Positions 35,709 to 46,580 of a DNA stretch of 64,000 bases are shown piece after piece. A program made the position numbers and the translations under genes. Numbering within the stretch: position 1 is the stretch's first letter; every line of letters begins with the position of its first letter. Below the pieces are notes generated by a model, which saw only the letters and a list, made by a program, of their open reading frames with translations, was not told the origin of the DNA and did not search any database. Location: IMG/VR virus record IMGVR_UViG_3300023179_004149, positions 1 through 64,000 of that record; one strand, given 5' to 3'.

Positions 35709-36428
35709 TTAGTCTCCGATTTGTTCTGCTCCATATTCATAATATTGATTTATTGATAACAAGTTAAATTGCGTGATATCATGTACCATATGTTTTTCAG
35801 CATGGAAATGACCGTAAAACCAATTCTGAATGTAATTACCGTTCTTTATGAGTATATCGTACATCCTGGCAATGGATTCACGTTCATGCCTTAGCTCATC
35901 AAGTAATGTTGGGTCGTTAGCCGCGAATGAATAAACCAATTTGTTGAATTCTGTTGGGTAACAGAATATTGGCGAACTATGCGTTGCCACAACATCAATA
36001 CCATACATAGTCATCAACTTTTTTTCATCCAGAACAAAAATTTCGTCGGGCCACCAGCTTTTACCTTCAGGTCTATGCAATCTATCAATAGATACGGCAC
36101 CACCCACAAGTAAGACTCGTTTACCTTCAATCTCAATAACACTATAGTCTGGCATCAACTTGATGTTGCTCCAGTAATTCTCATATGTGCCAGTGAAATA
36201 CTGAGGGTCATCGTGATTACCGCGTAACACATACAACGTAATGTTGGATTCGGCCAGAATTGTATTAAGATAATCCATGTTTTGGATGAATTGCCCTGGT
36301 ATACCGAAGTCAAATCCCGCACCGAAATCACCTATCTGTATGAGATTAATTTTCTTTTTTCCCTCATTTTTGCGGCAAAACTTCTCGACACTATAAAAAT
36401 CTCCGTGAATATCCCCTAAGAAATGCAT
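35709..36428 (-). CDS. Calcineurin-like metallophosphoesterase
   Basis: GDIHG, GDFG, RGNHD, THSSP, GHFH. Confidence 0.9.
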   Translation of the reverse strand: MHFLGDIHGDFYSVEKFCRKNEGKKKINLIQIGDFGAGFDFGIPGQFIQNMDYLNTILAESNITLYVLRGNHDDPQYFTGTYENYWSNIKLMPDYSVIEIEGKRVLLVGGAVSIDRLHRPEGKSWWPDEIFVLDEKKLMTMYGIDVVATHSSPIFCYPTEFNKLVYSFAANDPTLLDELRHERESIARMYDILIKNGNYIQNWFYGHFHAEKHMVHDITQFNLLSINQYYEYGAEQIGD

Positions 36429-36482
36429 AGTTATTTATTTTGTACAAAAGTACGAAACTTTTCCGAATAAACAAATATTTTT

Positions 36483-37667
36483 TTACCAAACAACCCTACG
36501 AACTCTACCATCCAAAAAAGCTTTATAGTTAGGGCCTCTTAATATTAAGATTTCATTACCTTCTCTCTTAAATTTAAAGATACCAGCCGCCTCCGCAGAG
36601 TCCAATAACGTCTGTAAATATCCTTGTTTGTGCTTAAGATTGTTCTGTTCAAAGAAGTCATCCAAAATAGGTTTTTTTGCTGTAGAAATAAAGCTAATAA
36701 GGTCAAGAATGATTTTGTTTTTGTTTGGTGTGCTGAATGAATACGAAAATGATGGGTTATCTGTTTTCCAGAACACAAAGCGCTCTCTGAATGGGTCTAA
36801 CTGAATTACGTTTGTATCCACATATTTCTTCAATAATGAGAACATTGTCTTCCTAAAGAACTTTTCAGCGGAGTGATAGTCCGTTGGGATTCTATAAATT
36901 TCAAAGAACGTTTCAAGAAACTTTTTACCACCCCTGTCTTTAACTTCAACAATAATTTTATTGGTATCTTTTGGAAAGATAATTGTTTCAATTAGTATTC
37001 TTTCTTCTTCTATACTTTCCCAAATTATTGACAACTTATCATCTTTCTTGAGTGTTTTTACAGCTTTCCATTTACCAATATCAGTGGTTAATTTATAACC
37101 GTTAAATTTACTTTCAAATATGGATTTTAGAACCATATCAACCTTTCTTGGGTTTTGTGTTTTTTCTTTTTTTGCAACAGTGGGTAAGTGTGGGGTCTTA
37201 TGTCGCCCTGGTTCTTGGTTGATTGGTGTTTGTGATGCTACGTTGTTTAGTGATGGGGTAACTGATGATTGTGCTGGTACTGATGGTTTAGGTTGTCGAC
37301 CTATTTCCTGGTCGATTTCATTGAATAATTCTTCCAATGAAACATAAGGTTTTCTTTTAAGCGGGACATTCACTTCATAACCGTCATACACATCTGTGGA
37401 GGTTATATCAGTATTCTCATTGACGGTATAACCGAAATCGTTCACAATTTCGTCAATTCGTTCAAAAACGAATTCATTTAAGTATTCGTTTATTGTTGGA
37501 TATGTTGTGAATTCATCAGTCACATCAACTATTTCATCTAACGTTAATATTTCCGTATACATACCAGTATCACCGTCTAATTTTAGATTTAGACGGTTAT
37601 TAACCCGAACACCTTCTGAGATAATGTTACTTATTAGTTTTTTTCTATATAAATCCGCTTTAGTCAT
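36483..37667 (-). CDS. Hypothetical protein
   Basis: 394 aa ORF after a TATTTATA motif. Confidence 0.7.
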   Translation of the reverse strand: MTKADLYRKKLISNIISEGVRVNNRLNLKLDGDTGMYTEILTLDEIVDVTDEFTTYPTINEYLNEFVFERIDEIVNDFGYTVNENTDITSTDVYDGYEVNVPLKRKPYVSLEELFNEIDQEIGRQPKPSVPAQSSVTPSLNNVASQTPINQEPGRHKTPHLPTVAKKEKTQNPRKVDMVLKSIFESKFNGYKLTTDIGKWKAVKTLKKDDKLSIIWESIEEERILIETIIFPKDTNKIIVEVKDRGGKKFLETFFEIYRIPTDYHSAEKFFRKTMFSLLKKYVDTNVIQLDPFRERFVFWKTDNPSFSYSFSTPNKNKIILDLISFISTAKKPILDDFFEQNNLKHKQGYLQTLLDSAEAAGIFKFKREGNEILILRGPNYKAFLDGRVRRVVW

Positions 37668-37925
37668 GAAAAAACTTTATTATAAATAGTTACAAAATCA
37701 GCTTTATACTATCGTTTTAAACTTTTAATATTGTATTATGAAAATAGTAATTAAAGAAAGAAAACAAGCCAACCTCATCTACTTGATGGATGAGGTTGGT
37801 TTATCACCTTTATCGGCTAATATCGTATCTAAGGAAGAGACAAAAGTATTTGTTACCAAGCTCCTTAATTCCAACACAAAGATTAACAAAGTTGAGACTA
37901 TGAAAATGACAGATTTAGATCTGTT

Positions 37926-39605
37926 TTAACCATATTTAATTATACACACATGGCCGTTACTATTCTGGTTCATCTCATTTATCAACGACGCAGGTATTGA
38001 TGTGTCATCAATACAAATCGCCTCAATTGTTGGAATCTTACTCAGTTTAGCTGGTATAGATATGAGATTTTTATTTGAATGTATATCAAATAAAAATAAC
38101 GGACAATCAGCAATATCATCTGCAACAGATCGAATATCACATGACGATGCTGTCAATCTGTCTAATTTTTTCAGTTTACCCAGGTTTTTCGGTAATACTT
38201 TAAGGTTTTTGTTAAAATCAATCACCAATTCTTGCAAGTTTTCGTTACCCGATAAATCACCAATTTGAGTTATATCACAACCAGCACAATCAAGGCTTAG
38301 TAGATTTTTAAGTTCGGAAATCCAAGATGGTATTTCTTTTATTTCTGGGTTATTTCTAAACTTGAGGTATTTTAGGTTTGTAAGGTTCTTAATTGACTCA
38401 GGTAGATAGGTCAATTTACATTCGGTTAGATCCAATTTTTCCAATGAAGTTATTTGACCAATATCTTTGAGATATTCCGTCTCAACGATATGACCGCTGA
38501 AATCCATTGAAGTGGGTTTAGATTCTTTAAAAATTTTGATAATTTCATCACCGAAACCGAGCACCAAAAGATACTTAATTTCATCTATTTGACGTAACGA
38601 CTTTTGTCTTCTTTTTGGTAATGCGGTCTTAACAAGATATGACTTAAAGAAACTCTTAACATCAATATTATCATGTAAAAACTTATTAATGTTAATTCTT
38701 TTATCGTTAGCATCCATAAACTGATCATCCTCAAAATGGAACTGTAGTCTGTATTCTGGATGTGTCTTAATTGATTTCTTTGAACCATACCCTTTACGTA
38801 TCAGTACGAACAACTCGCCACGGCCATGATAACTGTCAAACATATTACCCCAACGAGTACCCGACGTACACCAGGTGGTGTATTTACCAAACTCAACGTT
38901 TGCTTCCTTGTTATGAGTTATTACTATAACCCACTTATCATTTTCATAAACGAGTTCAGCTGAACCCTCATCGTTCGGCGGGTTTTTACCGTATTCAACA
39001 AAGTTATGAACACACTTCAATTCCTTATGATCAAGAGTATGTACCGAATCATCACCCACATCATTAATCATATATGGTTTAACCATATCAAGGAATTTTG
39101 TTAGGGTTTTGTATTGGTTAATGTCACGTCTATCAACGTGAAGTACGTTTGTTTTCTTAAGAAATGAGAATACCTCGAGCGCTTCTTTACCTTTAGTAAT
39201 AAGGTCTTCATAGAAGTTGTTTATTTCAGATGAACTAAACACGTTATCACTATAACCATCACGAATTGAAACCCTATCTTTTAAATGTTGGCTGAACATA
39301 TTCAATAACCAACTAACATATTCTTTGTTATCGGTTGGGTCACAATCAACCAAGAAATAAAATAATTTTTCATATTGTTTTTTGTATTTAAGTGAGTCTG
39401 GTTGAAACGAAAGAGTAAAACCCATGAAGTTATTATCATAGAACATATCCAACATATCAGGTTCTCCCGTTTCTCGGTTATCTGATTTTATCGGAGATTT
39501 CTGTGGTAACGGTAGTAATATTCGTTTTTCAATACCTTTTTGATAATCAAGTTTAAATTTATCAAAAAGAAACTCAAGCCTGGTCTTTTTGGTTGAAGTA
39601 TTCAT
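37926..39605 (-). CDS. Protein with a central T-W-C-T domain and C-terminal leucine-rich repeats
   Basis: LxxLxLxxNxLxxLP repeats (LEKLDLTECKLTYLPESIKNLTNLKYL and following). Confidence 0.8.
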   Translation of the reverse strand: MNTSTKKTRLEFLFDKFKLDYQKGIEKRILLPLPQKSPIKSDNRETGEPDMLDMFYDNNFMGFTLSFQPDSLKYKKQYEKLFYFLVDCDPTDNKEYVSWLLNMFSQHLKDRVSIRDGYSDNVFSSSEINNFYEDLITKGKEALEVFSFLKKTNVLHVDRRDINQYKTLTKFLDMVKPYMINDVGDDSVHTLDHKELKCVHNFVEYGKNPPNDEGSAELVYENDKWVIVITHNKEANVEFGKYTTWCTSGTRWGNMFDSYHGRGELFVLIRKGYGSKKSIKTHPEYRLQFHFEDDQFMDANDKRININKFLHDNIDVKSFFKSYLVKTALPKRRQKSLRQIDEIKYLLVLGFGDEIIKIFKESKPTSMDFSGHIVETEYLKDIGQITSLEKLDLTECKLTYLPESIKNLTNLKYLKFRNNPEIKEIPSWISELKNLLSLDCAGCDITQIGDLSGNENLQELVIDFNKNLKVLPKNLGKLKKLDRLTASSCDIRSVADDIADCPLFLFDIHSNKNLISIPAKLSKIPTIEAICIDDTSIPASLINEMNQNSNGHVCIIKYG

Positions 39606-39647
39606 ATAATTTACCTTTTATAGCAAAAGTAAGAAATAAAAACGAAA

Positions 39648-40091
39648 TTACAAAATAGATGACTCAAATAAATTTTTTCCAGCTGGTTGTGTCTTAATAA
39701 ACTTTTTTACTATAGCGCCCGCCTTAGCGTTTGCCTCATCCTCAATTTCGCCACCAACATCTTGAACGGGGTATTCAATTCTATCTTCCTCATGTTGTAA
39801 CTGGTGCACTAATTCATGAGCCACACTTCTTAATATATCACCAAGCATCCGACCTTTACCGTAAACCATAACCACCTTACCATCATCCAAGTAATAAGCT
39901 GTCGTTTTTATACCATTCTTTTCTCTGTCTGATACTATGTGACAATGAAATTTTTCATGCAAACCCAATTCGTCAATACAAAAGTTTAAAAATTGTTTTG
40001 TGGTTGCTATTTTATTGTTATCAAAATTTAAATCATCACCGTCGATAGTGAGATCAAATTTAGACTTGGTTAATACTTCAAATAATTTCAT
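39648..40091 (-). CDS. Putative zincin metallopeptidase
   Basis: AHELVH (HExxH) and downstream EDEANA. Confidence 0.65.
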   Translation of the reverse strand: MKLFEVLTKSKFDLTIDGDDLNFDNNKIATTKQFLNFCIDELGLHEKFHCHIVSDREKNGIKTTAYYLDDGKVVMVYGKGRMLGDILRSVAHELVHQLQHEEDRIEYPVQDVGGEIEDEANAKAGAIVKKFIKTQPAGKNLFESSIL

Positions 40092-40337
40092 ATTTTTTTC
40101 AAGTTTTTTAAACCTAATATATAATCAATAATGATATCATTATCTGTGTTTAAATTATCTAATATGTCATTATCAACGTTTATATATTCATCTAATATAT
40201 GTTTATCGTCTTTTGTAAGCAACGATAGCTCAAATGCCGCTGATTTGGTGTCTAAACCATAAGCTATTAATTTAAGCTCAGCTTTAGTTACATCATAACC
40301 ATTAATATTAACCGTAATTATATCTACAACCATCTTA

Positions 40338-41921
40338 TTAAGTTTTATTTATTATTATATAGTTTACCAAACTAGTTTCACCCGTGTCTTGTGATAATAT
40401 ATTAAATGATGTATTACCAACTGAAATCTTATATGTTAAATCAGATATGGTTGGTAACGGAGTTGTTGTGCTATAATTAACTCTAGTTAAAAACACCAAA
40501 TTACCACTTATCATAGTCTTAGTAACCGTTGCCGTACCACCACTTAAATATATTTGCCCCTGATTAGCTGGTGATATTGTTGTACCAGTGTTAATTACCG
40601 TGTTTGATTTTATTTTAATTGTGTTACCGTTAGATGTTAGTTCCAAATTACCAGTTATTTGTACCTTTGAACCGCTACCAGTGTCACCACTAGAGCCAAC
40701 TAATACCACGCCATTAAAATAATTCTTTGTTAGTGAACCTGTTTGGTAATAACTATAAGCATTTATATTATTTGTTTGATCTTCAATAGATCGATAACTA
40801 CTTAATAAACTAGTTAATGTTGGTTCAATTAATATTGAACGTTTTGAACCAGTTGGCGAACCAGATTCATCTATAATTATATTTAATTTAGTTAATGTCC
40901 AATCAGCTGTTCCTCCAGATGGATTAATTGGTGTCTCATTAAACGTTGAAAATTTAGCAAGAACATATCTTGTTGTTGCCGTTGTTGTTACTGAAGAGCC
41001 GTTTTGTATTAATATTCTTAATGACCCATTTGACGATGATGTTGTTCTAATATACCTTAAATTATCAAAACCATATATATAATTAAAATTAATAAAATTG
41101 ACATGGTTTTGATTATTTCTAATACTTATATAGTTTAGTGTTGACCTAATACCAAATGAAATATTATCATACGCACCAGGTGCGGTACCATCATATGAAT
41201 CAACAATAAACCCTCTAGTACTACCGCCAATATAAGTATTTAAAAATGCTATGGCTGGACTAGTAATGCCAGATGTCACACCTGTTAAACCATAACCATT
41301 CATTCTGGTCGTTCCTCTGTAATTATCCGTTAAATCAAACGAAATCTTTTTGTTAGGGTTGTTACTATCATATGCCACCAATTTAACATCATAATTATCC
41401 AAAGTACCTCCTGTCATAGTATATCCGAAAGTATTACCAGACGATAACCACAATGTGTTTGGTGTAAAACCATTTGAACCGTAAATACCCGTTAAACCCA
41501 CCGACCCAGAACGTCCTGAGGTCCCTGATGTCCCTGACGTTCCTGATGTTGACGACCAACCCGAAGATCCATTAACACCATAAAAACCCGATGACCCAGA
41601 TGTTCCAGCTAAACCAGCACTACCAGCTGTACCGCTCGAACTAAACCCATAAAAATTCTCGGTTGAACTAACCGTTTCCCATAAGACAATATTACCATTA
41701 GTTCGGGTAAATTCGTTATTATTTAAAGCGTATGCTAATTTATCGTGTGTTGTAACACATCTATATAATTCAAACTCACCCCCAGATTCTTTATATATAA
41801 CAAATTGACCCGCCACATAATCACCGAGAGCCCACTTGTTCTTGGTTAAATAACGAAAATTACCATCCAAATCCTCAAACGATAATGGTTTTGATGTGTC
41901 TGACCTTAATATTATACTCAT
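40338..41921 (-). CDS. Tail-fibre-like virion protein with SGTSG linker (paralogue A)
   Basis: N-terminal LRSDTSKPLSFEDLDGNF, SGT repeats, beta-rich body. Confidence 0.7.
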   Translation of the reverse strand: MSIILRSDTSKPLSFEDLDGNFRYLTKNKWALGDYVAGQFVIYKESGGEFELYRCVTTHDKLAYALNNNEFTRTNGNIVLWETVSSTENFYGFSSSGTAGSAGLAGTSGSSGFYGVNGSSGWSSTSGTSGTSGTSGRSGSVGLTGIYGSNGFTPNTLWLSSGNTFGYTMTGGTLDNYDVKLVAYDSNNPNKKISFDLTDNYRGTTRMNGYGLTGVTSGITSPAIAFLNTYIGGSTRGFIVDSYDGTAPGAYDNISFGIRSTLNYISIRNNQNHVNFINFNYIYGFDNLRYIRTTSSSNGSLRILIQNGSSVTTTATTRYVLAKFSTFNETPINPSGGTADWTLTKLNIIIDESGSPTGSKRSILIEPTLTSLLSSYRSIEDQTNNINAYSYYQTGSLTKNYFNGVVLVGSSGDTGSGSKVQITGNLELTSNGNTIKIKSNTVINTGTTISPANQGQIYLSGGTATVTKTMISGNLVFLTRVNYSTTTPLPTISDLTYKISVGNTSFNILSQDTGETSLVNYIIINKT

Positions 41922-41923
41922 TT

Positions 41924-43450
41924 TTATATCTTATCTATTATTAAGTAATTAACATTATTATTATCAGAAGGATCTGTTGAGTTAATAGTAATACTCACAC
42001 CAGGTACATATGTATATGTTAAAATACCCATCGGTGGTATAGCATCATTATATGTTAAATATATTAATGGATTAGTTAAATTTGGGTTATTAAAAGTAAT
42101 AGTGGCTGTACCTGATGTTAATATTACCGTACCAATAGTTGATAACGTGGGGTCACTCCCCTTTATTTTAATTGTGTTACCGTTAGATGTTAGTTCCAAA
42201 TTACCAGTTATTTGTACCTTTGAACCGCTACCAGTGTCACCACTAGAGCCAATTAACACTGTACCATTAAAATAATTCTTTGTTAATGAACCTGTTTGAT
42301 AATAACTATAAGCATTTATATTATTTGTTCGATCTTCAATTGATCGATAACTACTTAATAAACTGGTTAATGTTGGTTCGATTAATATTGAACGTTTTGT
42401 TCCTGTTGGTGGATTACCAAAAACATCATTACTTTCATTTATGGGTAATGCAAACCTTAATAAGGACCAATTGGCAGTTCCACCTGTGGGTGAAATAGTA
42501 CTAATAGAACCAAATTCAGTCAATACTGCTTGCATTGACGTACTATTATAGGAAGTACCTGATGCGAAGGATATTGTTAACCCCGTGTTAACAGTACCAT
42601 TAATTAAGTATTGTAAATTATCGAAACCAAATATAGCGCCCGATCCAGTTAGTGAACCGCTTGGGTTATACTCAAGATTTAAATTACCATTTTCTCTAAA
42701 TCTTAAATACCTACTAGTGCCTGTTAATATACCGATACAAAAAGAATCACTTGACCCAGGTAATGAAGTTTGATAATTATCTAGTAAAAAACCTCGCGGT
42801 TCATCGTTCTCAGTTCTTGCAAAAACAACACCAGGGCTCGTATAGCCCGAACCACTACTATTACCATATAATGTAACTGTACCTTTATTAAGATCACTAA
42901 GTAACAACCTTGGTAAACCATTACGTACTAATAAGACATCTCTATTATCCAAAGTACCACCTGTCATTATCGTACCGTAAGTATTACCACTCGATTCCCA
43001 CGGTCTTAGTGGTGTTGAACCTGATGTACCTGAGCTACCCGAGGATCCAGAAGATCCCGATGAACCCGATGTACCCGATGTACCATTACCACCCGATGAA
43101 CCCGATGTACCCGATGTACCAGATGAACCAGATGTCCCAGAAGATCCAGAAAGACCAGAAGATCCGTCTATACCAGAAGACCCCGAAGTTCCCGAATTTG
43201 GGTTAGCACCTATTTTTAACCACAAAACAGTATTGTTATATGTTGTAGCAAACACACCATAAGGGTATACTTCTCGTTCATGTGTTGTCTCACAACGATA
43301 TAAAAATATACCATTATTTTCATTATTAATGATATATTGACCCCTTTCATAGGAACCTAATGACCAATATTTAATATCTAAATAAGTAAAATTGTTATCT
43401 AATTCTTTATGTGTTAAAGGTCTATCAATATCACTTCTTAATGTTATAGA
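41924..43450 (-). CDS. Tail-fibre-like virion protein with SGSSG linker (paralogue B)
   Basis: N-terminal LRSDIDRPLTHKELDNNF; shares a near-identical block with paralogue A. Confidence 0.7.
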   Translation of the reverse strand, partial: SITLRSDIDRPLTHKELDNNFTYLDIKYWSLGSYERGQYIINNENNGIFLYRCETTHEREVYPYGVFATTYNNTVLWLKIGANPNSGTSGSSGIDGSSGLSGSSGTSGSSGTSGTSGSSGGNGTSGTSGSSGSSGSSGSSGTSGSTPLRPWESSGNTYGTIMTGGTLDNRDVLLVRNGLPRLLLSDLNKGTVTLYGNSSGSGYTSPGVVFARTENDEPRGFLLDNYQTSLPGSSDSFCIGILTGTSRYLRFRENGNLNLEYNPSGSLTGSGAIFGFDNLQYLINGTVNTGLTISFASGTSYNSTSMQAVLTEFGSISTISPTGGTANWSLLRFALPINESNDVFGNPPTGTKRSILIEPTLTSLLSSYRSIEDRTNNINAYSYYQTGSLTKNYFNGTVLIGSSGDTGSGSKVQITGNLELTSNGNTIKIKGSDPTLSTIGTVILTSGTATITFNNPNLTNPLIYLTYNDAIPPMGILTYTYVPGVSITINSTDPSDNNNVNYLIIDKI

Positions 43451-43539
43451 CATAATTTCTTTTAGTATAAATATCACCCATAAAAAATAAAAACCACTAT
43501 ATAGTGGTTTTTATTTTTAAAAAGAAATAGCATAAATAA

Positions 43540-44205
43540 CTACCTTTTCTTTCTTTCAAGAACGGCATCAATCATTCCGTAATCTTTTGCTTCTGCCGCA
43601 ACCATCCAGTAATCTCTTTCTGAATCTTTGTATACTTTGTCGTATTCTTGACCAGAATGTTTTGAAATAATCTGATAAAGTTCGGTTTTCAATTTACCAA
43701 TTTCTCTCGCTGTAATTTCAATATCTGTCGCTTGACCCTCAGCACCCCCTAATGGTTGGTGAATCATAACTCTTGAGTGCGGTAAAGCGTATCTTTTGTT
43801 TTTTGCACCAGCGCAAAGTAATACCGCAGCCATTGAAGCGGCTAAACCTGTGCACAGTGTTGATACTTCTGGTTTAATGTACTGCATGGTATCATAAATA
43901 CCCAAACCAGCGTAAACGCTACCACCTGGTGAGTTAACATAGATTTGAATACCTTTGTCAGCTTCAACCGATTCCAAATACAACAATTGCGCCTCAATTA
44001 TGTTTGAAACACGATCATCTATTTGGGTTCCGAGGAAGATAATCCTTTCCATCATTAAACGCGAAAATACGTCCATTGAGGCCACATTCAATTCACGTTC
44101 TTCAATAATGTAAGGTGTTAATGAGCTCGTGTAGTTATGTAGGGTCATGCTATTAATGCCCATGTGTTTCGTTGCGTAGTTCTTAAAATCTTTTCCGATA
44201 TTCAT
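43540..44205 (-). CDS. clpP: ATP-dependent Clp protease proteolytic subunit
   Basis: DVFSRL..ERIIFLG, YVNSPGG, GLAASMAA (Ser), RVMIHQP (His), RDYWM (Asp). Confidence 0.96.
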   Translation of the reverse strand: MNIGKDFKNYATKHMGINSMTLHNYTSSLTPYIIEERELNVASMDVFSRLMMERIIFLGTQIDDRVSNIIEAQLLYLESVEADKGIQIYVNSPGGSVYAGLGIYDTMQYIKPEVSTLCTGLAASMAAVLLCAGAKNKRYALPHSRVMIHQPLGGAEGQATDIEITAREIGKLKTELYQIISKHSGQEYDKVYKDSERDYWMVAAEAKDYGMIDAVLERKKR

Positions 44206-44236
44206 TAGTGATTAATTTTGTACAAAAATAATCATT

Positions 44237-45937
44237 TTAATTGGTATAAACAAGAAAATCCTCAGCTTTTAATTTAAAATTATCGAATAAATACTTTTCA
44301 AAGTACGCCTTAGAATAGATCTGTTCCAGAAAAATCCGATTATTGTCTATTTCATTTGTCATAAACGCCTTAATATTTTTTATTATATGTGAGTTGTCAA
44401 TCCGCCCAGGTTCAGAATGTTCATAGGGGTTTCTAACACCCCATTCAATTCCAGATGTCCAGAATTTAAATATAATCTGATTTTGATTATCTCTTATAGC
44501 AAATAAAGCTGATGGACTATTTAAAGCGTATGCTTTTTCGTAGGTTTGTACTTCATAAGATGAAGTACAAACTATGTTAGTTGATTTTTTAGGTTGACTA
44601 TTTTGCAAAATTAGTAAATTATACCCTTCTGGTAATATTTTTCTTAATCTGACAACAAATAAATTATTAAGTTTAAATGTACCAGTTTCACTCCTGGCGA
44701 CACATAAAGCGTCATAAATTCGTTGATAATCATAGAGATTATCCCAATATTCAGCTGGATGTGTTATTTTGAGTTTTATACTAAACATCTCAAAATACGA
44801 CAAGGCTTTAAAAACCCTAAAACATTTGTTCAGATTTGTTATGTGATTATAATATGCTAAAACCTCACTTATGTTAAAACCATAATAATCAATCATCCGA
44901 TGAACAAACATAGGTACTTTACCATTACCAAATTCACGTTTAAAATCATGGTAATGGTTCGGTGTTATTAACTCGAGCTCTTTATATTTTGATGCTGGTA
45001 TGTTGTATCGTTTTATGAAATCCAATAAACCGACGCGGATACCTGGTAAATTAAAACAATATGAAAGCCCCCTTCCCGTTTTCACGTATTCAGCATGGTG
45101 ATTATTAAATGCTTTAATGGTGTGTAATGTCAGTTCATCTTTAATAATCATTAAAAGATCATTATCCTTAATATCGTAATGATGTTTTATGTAATCATAT
45201 ACTGATCGATTATAGAAACATTTCTTATTACATTTGTAAATAAACTCAAATATTGGTAAGTTTTCGTAATTTAAATCCTTGATACCAGATTTGAAAAGGT
45301 AATTCAAGAACGGAAATGATGGTAAGGAATGCACTAATTTTGGGTCGTAAAAAGACTGAGAAAGAGGTGGTAAATATTCATTGAAAAAATCTTTATACCC
45401 CATCAGCGGTTTATAACCAAGTAACTCATATAGTTTTTCAACAGCTTTAACTGAGTTATTATTAACAATGAAATACTTAGTAATTAACCCTTTTAAGTCT
45501 TCGGTTATTATGTTTTTTCTAATCGTATAATAGTACTTGCGCTTTTTATATATTTTTCTGTAAATTGAAAATTCGCCTGTGGTTTTATTAATTGTTAGGG
45601 AAAAATGTTCGTGCTGTGTAATCTTGAATTTAAGACGTACAAGGTTTTTAACTGGTACCGTTCGTTTAGCCATAATAAAGGCTTTGAGTGATACTGTATT
45701 TTTGGTTATGTTTTCTGATACCACATAAGTAGAACGATAAAAGGAAGCGGGATTGTTTTCACTCATCGCTTTCTTAAATTCGATTTCATCAGTCGGTAAC
45801 CAATACATTTGATCTGTCGCCGATTTAACCTCAAAACCATCAAAAGGTGATAAATCACTTTTAGATTCTTTCGGCTTAATAAGTTTGTAGTTATAATATT
45901 CTTCATCCACATGTATGTAATGTACGATATGCTCCAT
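44237..45937 (-). CDS. Hypothetical protein
   Basis: Large ORF with no recognised motif. Confidence 0.7.
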   Translation of the reverse strand: MEHIVHYIHVDEEYYNYKLIKPKESKSDLSPFDGFEVKSATDQMYWLPTDEIEFKKAMSENNPASFYRSTYVVSENITKNTVSLKAFIMAKRTVPVKNLVRLKFKITQHEHFSLTINKTTGEFSIYRKIYKKRKYYYTIRKNIITEDLKGLITKYFIVNNNSVKAVEKLYELLGYKPLMGYKDFFNEYLPPLSQSFYDPKLVHSLPSFPFLNYLFKSGIKDLNYENLPIFEFIYKCNKKCFYNRSVYDYIKHHYDIKDNDLLMIIKDELTLHTIKAFNNHHAEYVKTGRGLSYCFNLPGIRVGLLDFIKRYNIPASKYKELELITPNHYHDFKREFGNGKVPMFVHRMIDYYGFNISEVLAYYNHITNLNKCFRVFKALSYFEMFSIKLKITHPAEYWDNLYDYQRIYDALCVARSETGTFKLNNLFVVRLRKILPEGYNLLILQNSQPKKSTNIVCTSSYEVQTYEKAYALNSPSALFAIRDNQNQIIFKFWTSGIEWGVRNPYEHSEPGRIDNSHIIKNIKAFMTNEIDNNRIFLEQIYSKAYFEKYLFDNFKLKAEDFLVYTN

Positions 45938-46012
45938 AATCAGAAAAATTGATTCGCACAAAACTATGAAATAAAAACCATAAAAACAAAAATCGGGAGA
46001 ATATTCTCCCGA

Positions 46013-46384
46013 TTATTTTACATCAATTTTTAAGCTTTCCGTTTTCTGTTCCTTTAGGGGTACTTTTATTCTTAATAAACCATTTGTCATCGCCGCTTCA
46101 ACCTTACCCAGATCATATTTGTCTGTTAATTGGTATGAGTAGCGATAATCCTGGTATCGTTTAAGATACCCATCTGGCTTATTTAATTTGGTTTTGATGG
46201 TAAGTGTTTTACCCATAACTTCCAATTCGATTTCGTTTTTACTTAATCCAGGTAAAGGGATCTCCACAGAAAAGTCTTGATCTTTAGTAGTGTATGATTC
46301 CATATCATACGAATTCAGTAATTCATCAACCATCTTGATGAAGTCCATTGTGTTTGTTCTGAATGGTGTTCTAATCATGTTCAT
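46013..46384 (-). CDS. Small heat-shock protein (Hsp20)
   Basis: VEIPLPGLSKNEIELEV, A.MTNGLLRIKVP, C-terminal I-x-V. Confidence 0.88.
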   Translation of the reverse strand: MNMIRTPFRTNTMDFIKMVDELLNSYDMESYTTKDQDFSVEIPLPGLSKNEIELEVMGKTLTIKTKLNKPDGYLKRYQDYRYSYQLTDKYDLGKVEAAMTNGLLRIKVPLKEQKTESLKIDVK

Positions 46385-46495
46385 AATATTTAGTTTTATT
46401 CTGAATAAAGCACATTATGTGCCAAACGATATTTATGTTATTATGACATGACATAAATAAAAAAGGCTGACATCATGTCAGCCTTAAATGTTAAC

Positions 46496-46554
46496 TGAGT
46501 GGCTTTTTTATTTTAAATCAATTTAAATAAGTAGAAGATTGCTGTAACCACTCA
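46496..46554 (-). ncRNA. CAGCAA-box RNA, short form
   Basis: TGAGTGGTT-ACAGCAA...AGCCACTCA. Confidence 0.55.
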
Positions 46555-46580
46555 CATTATTTTGTAAAATAAGAAAAGAA

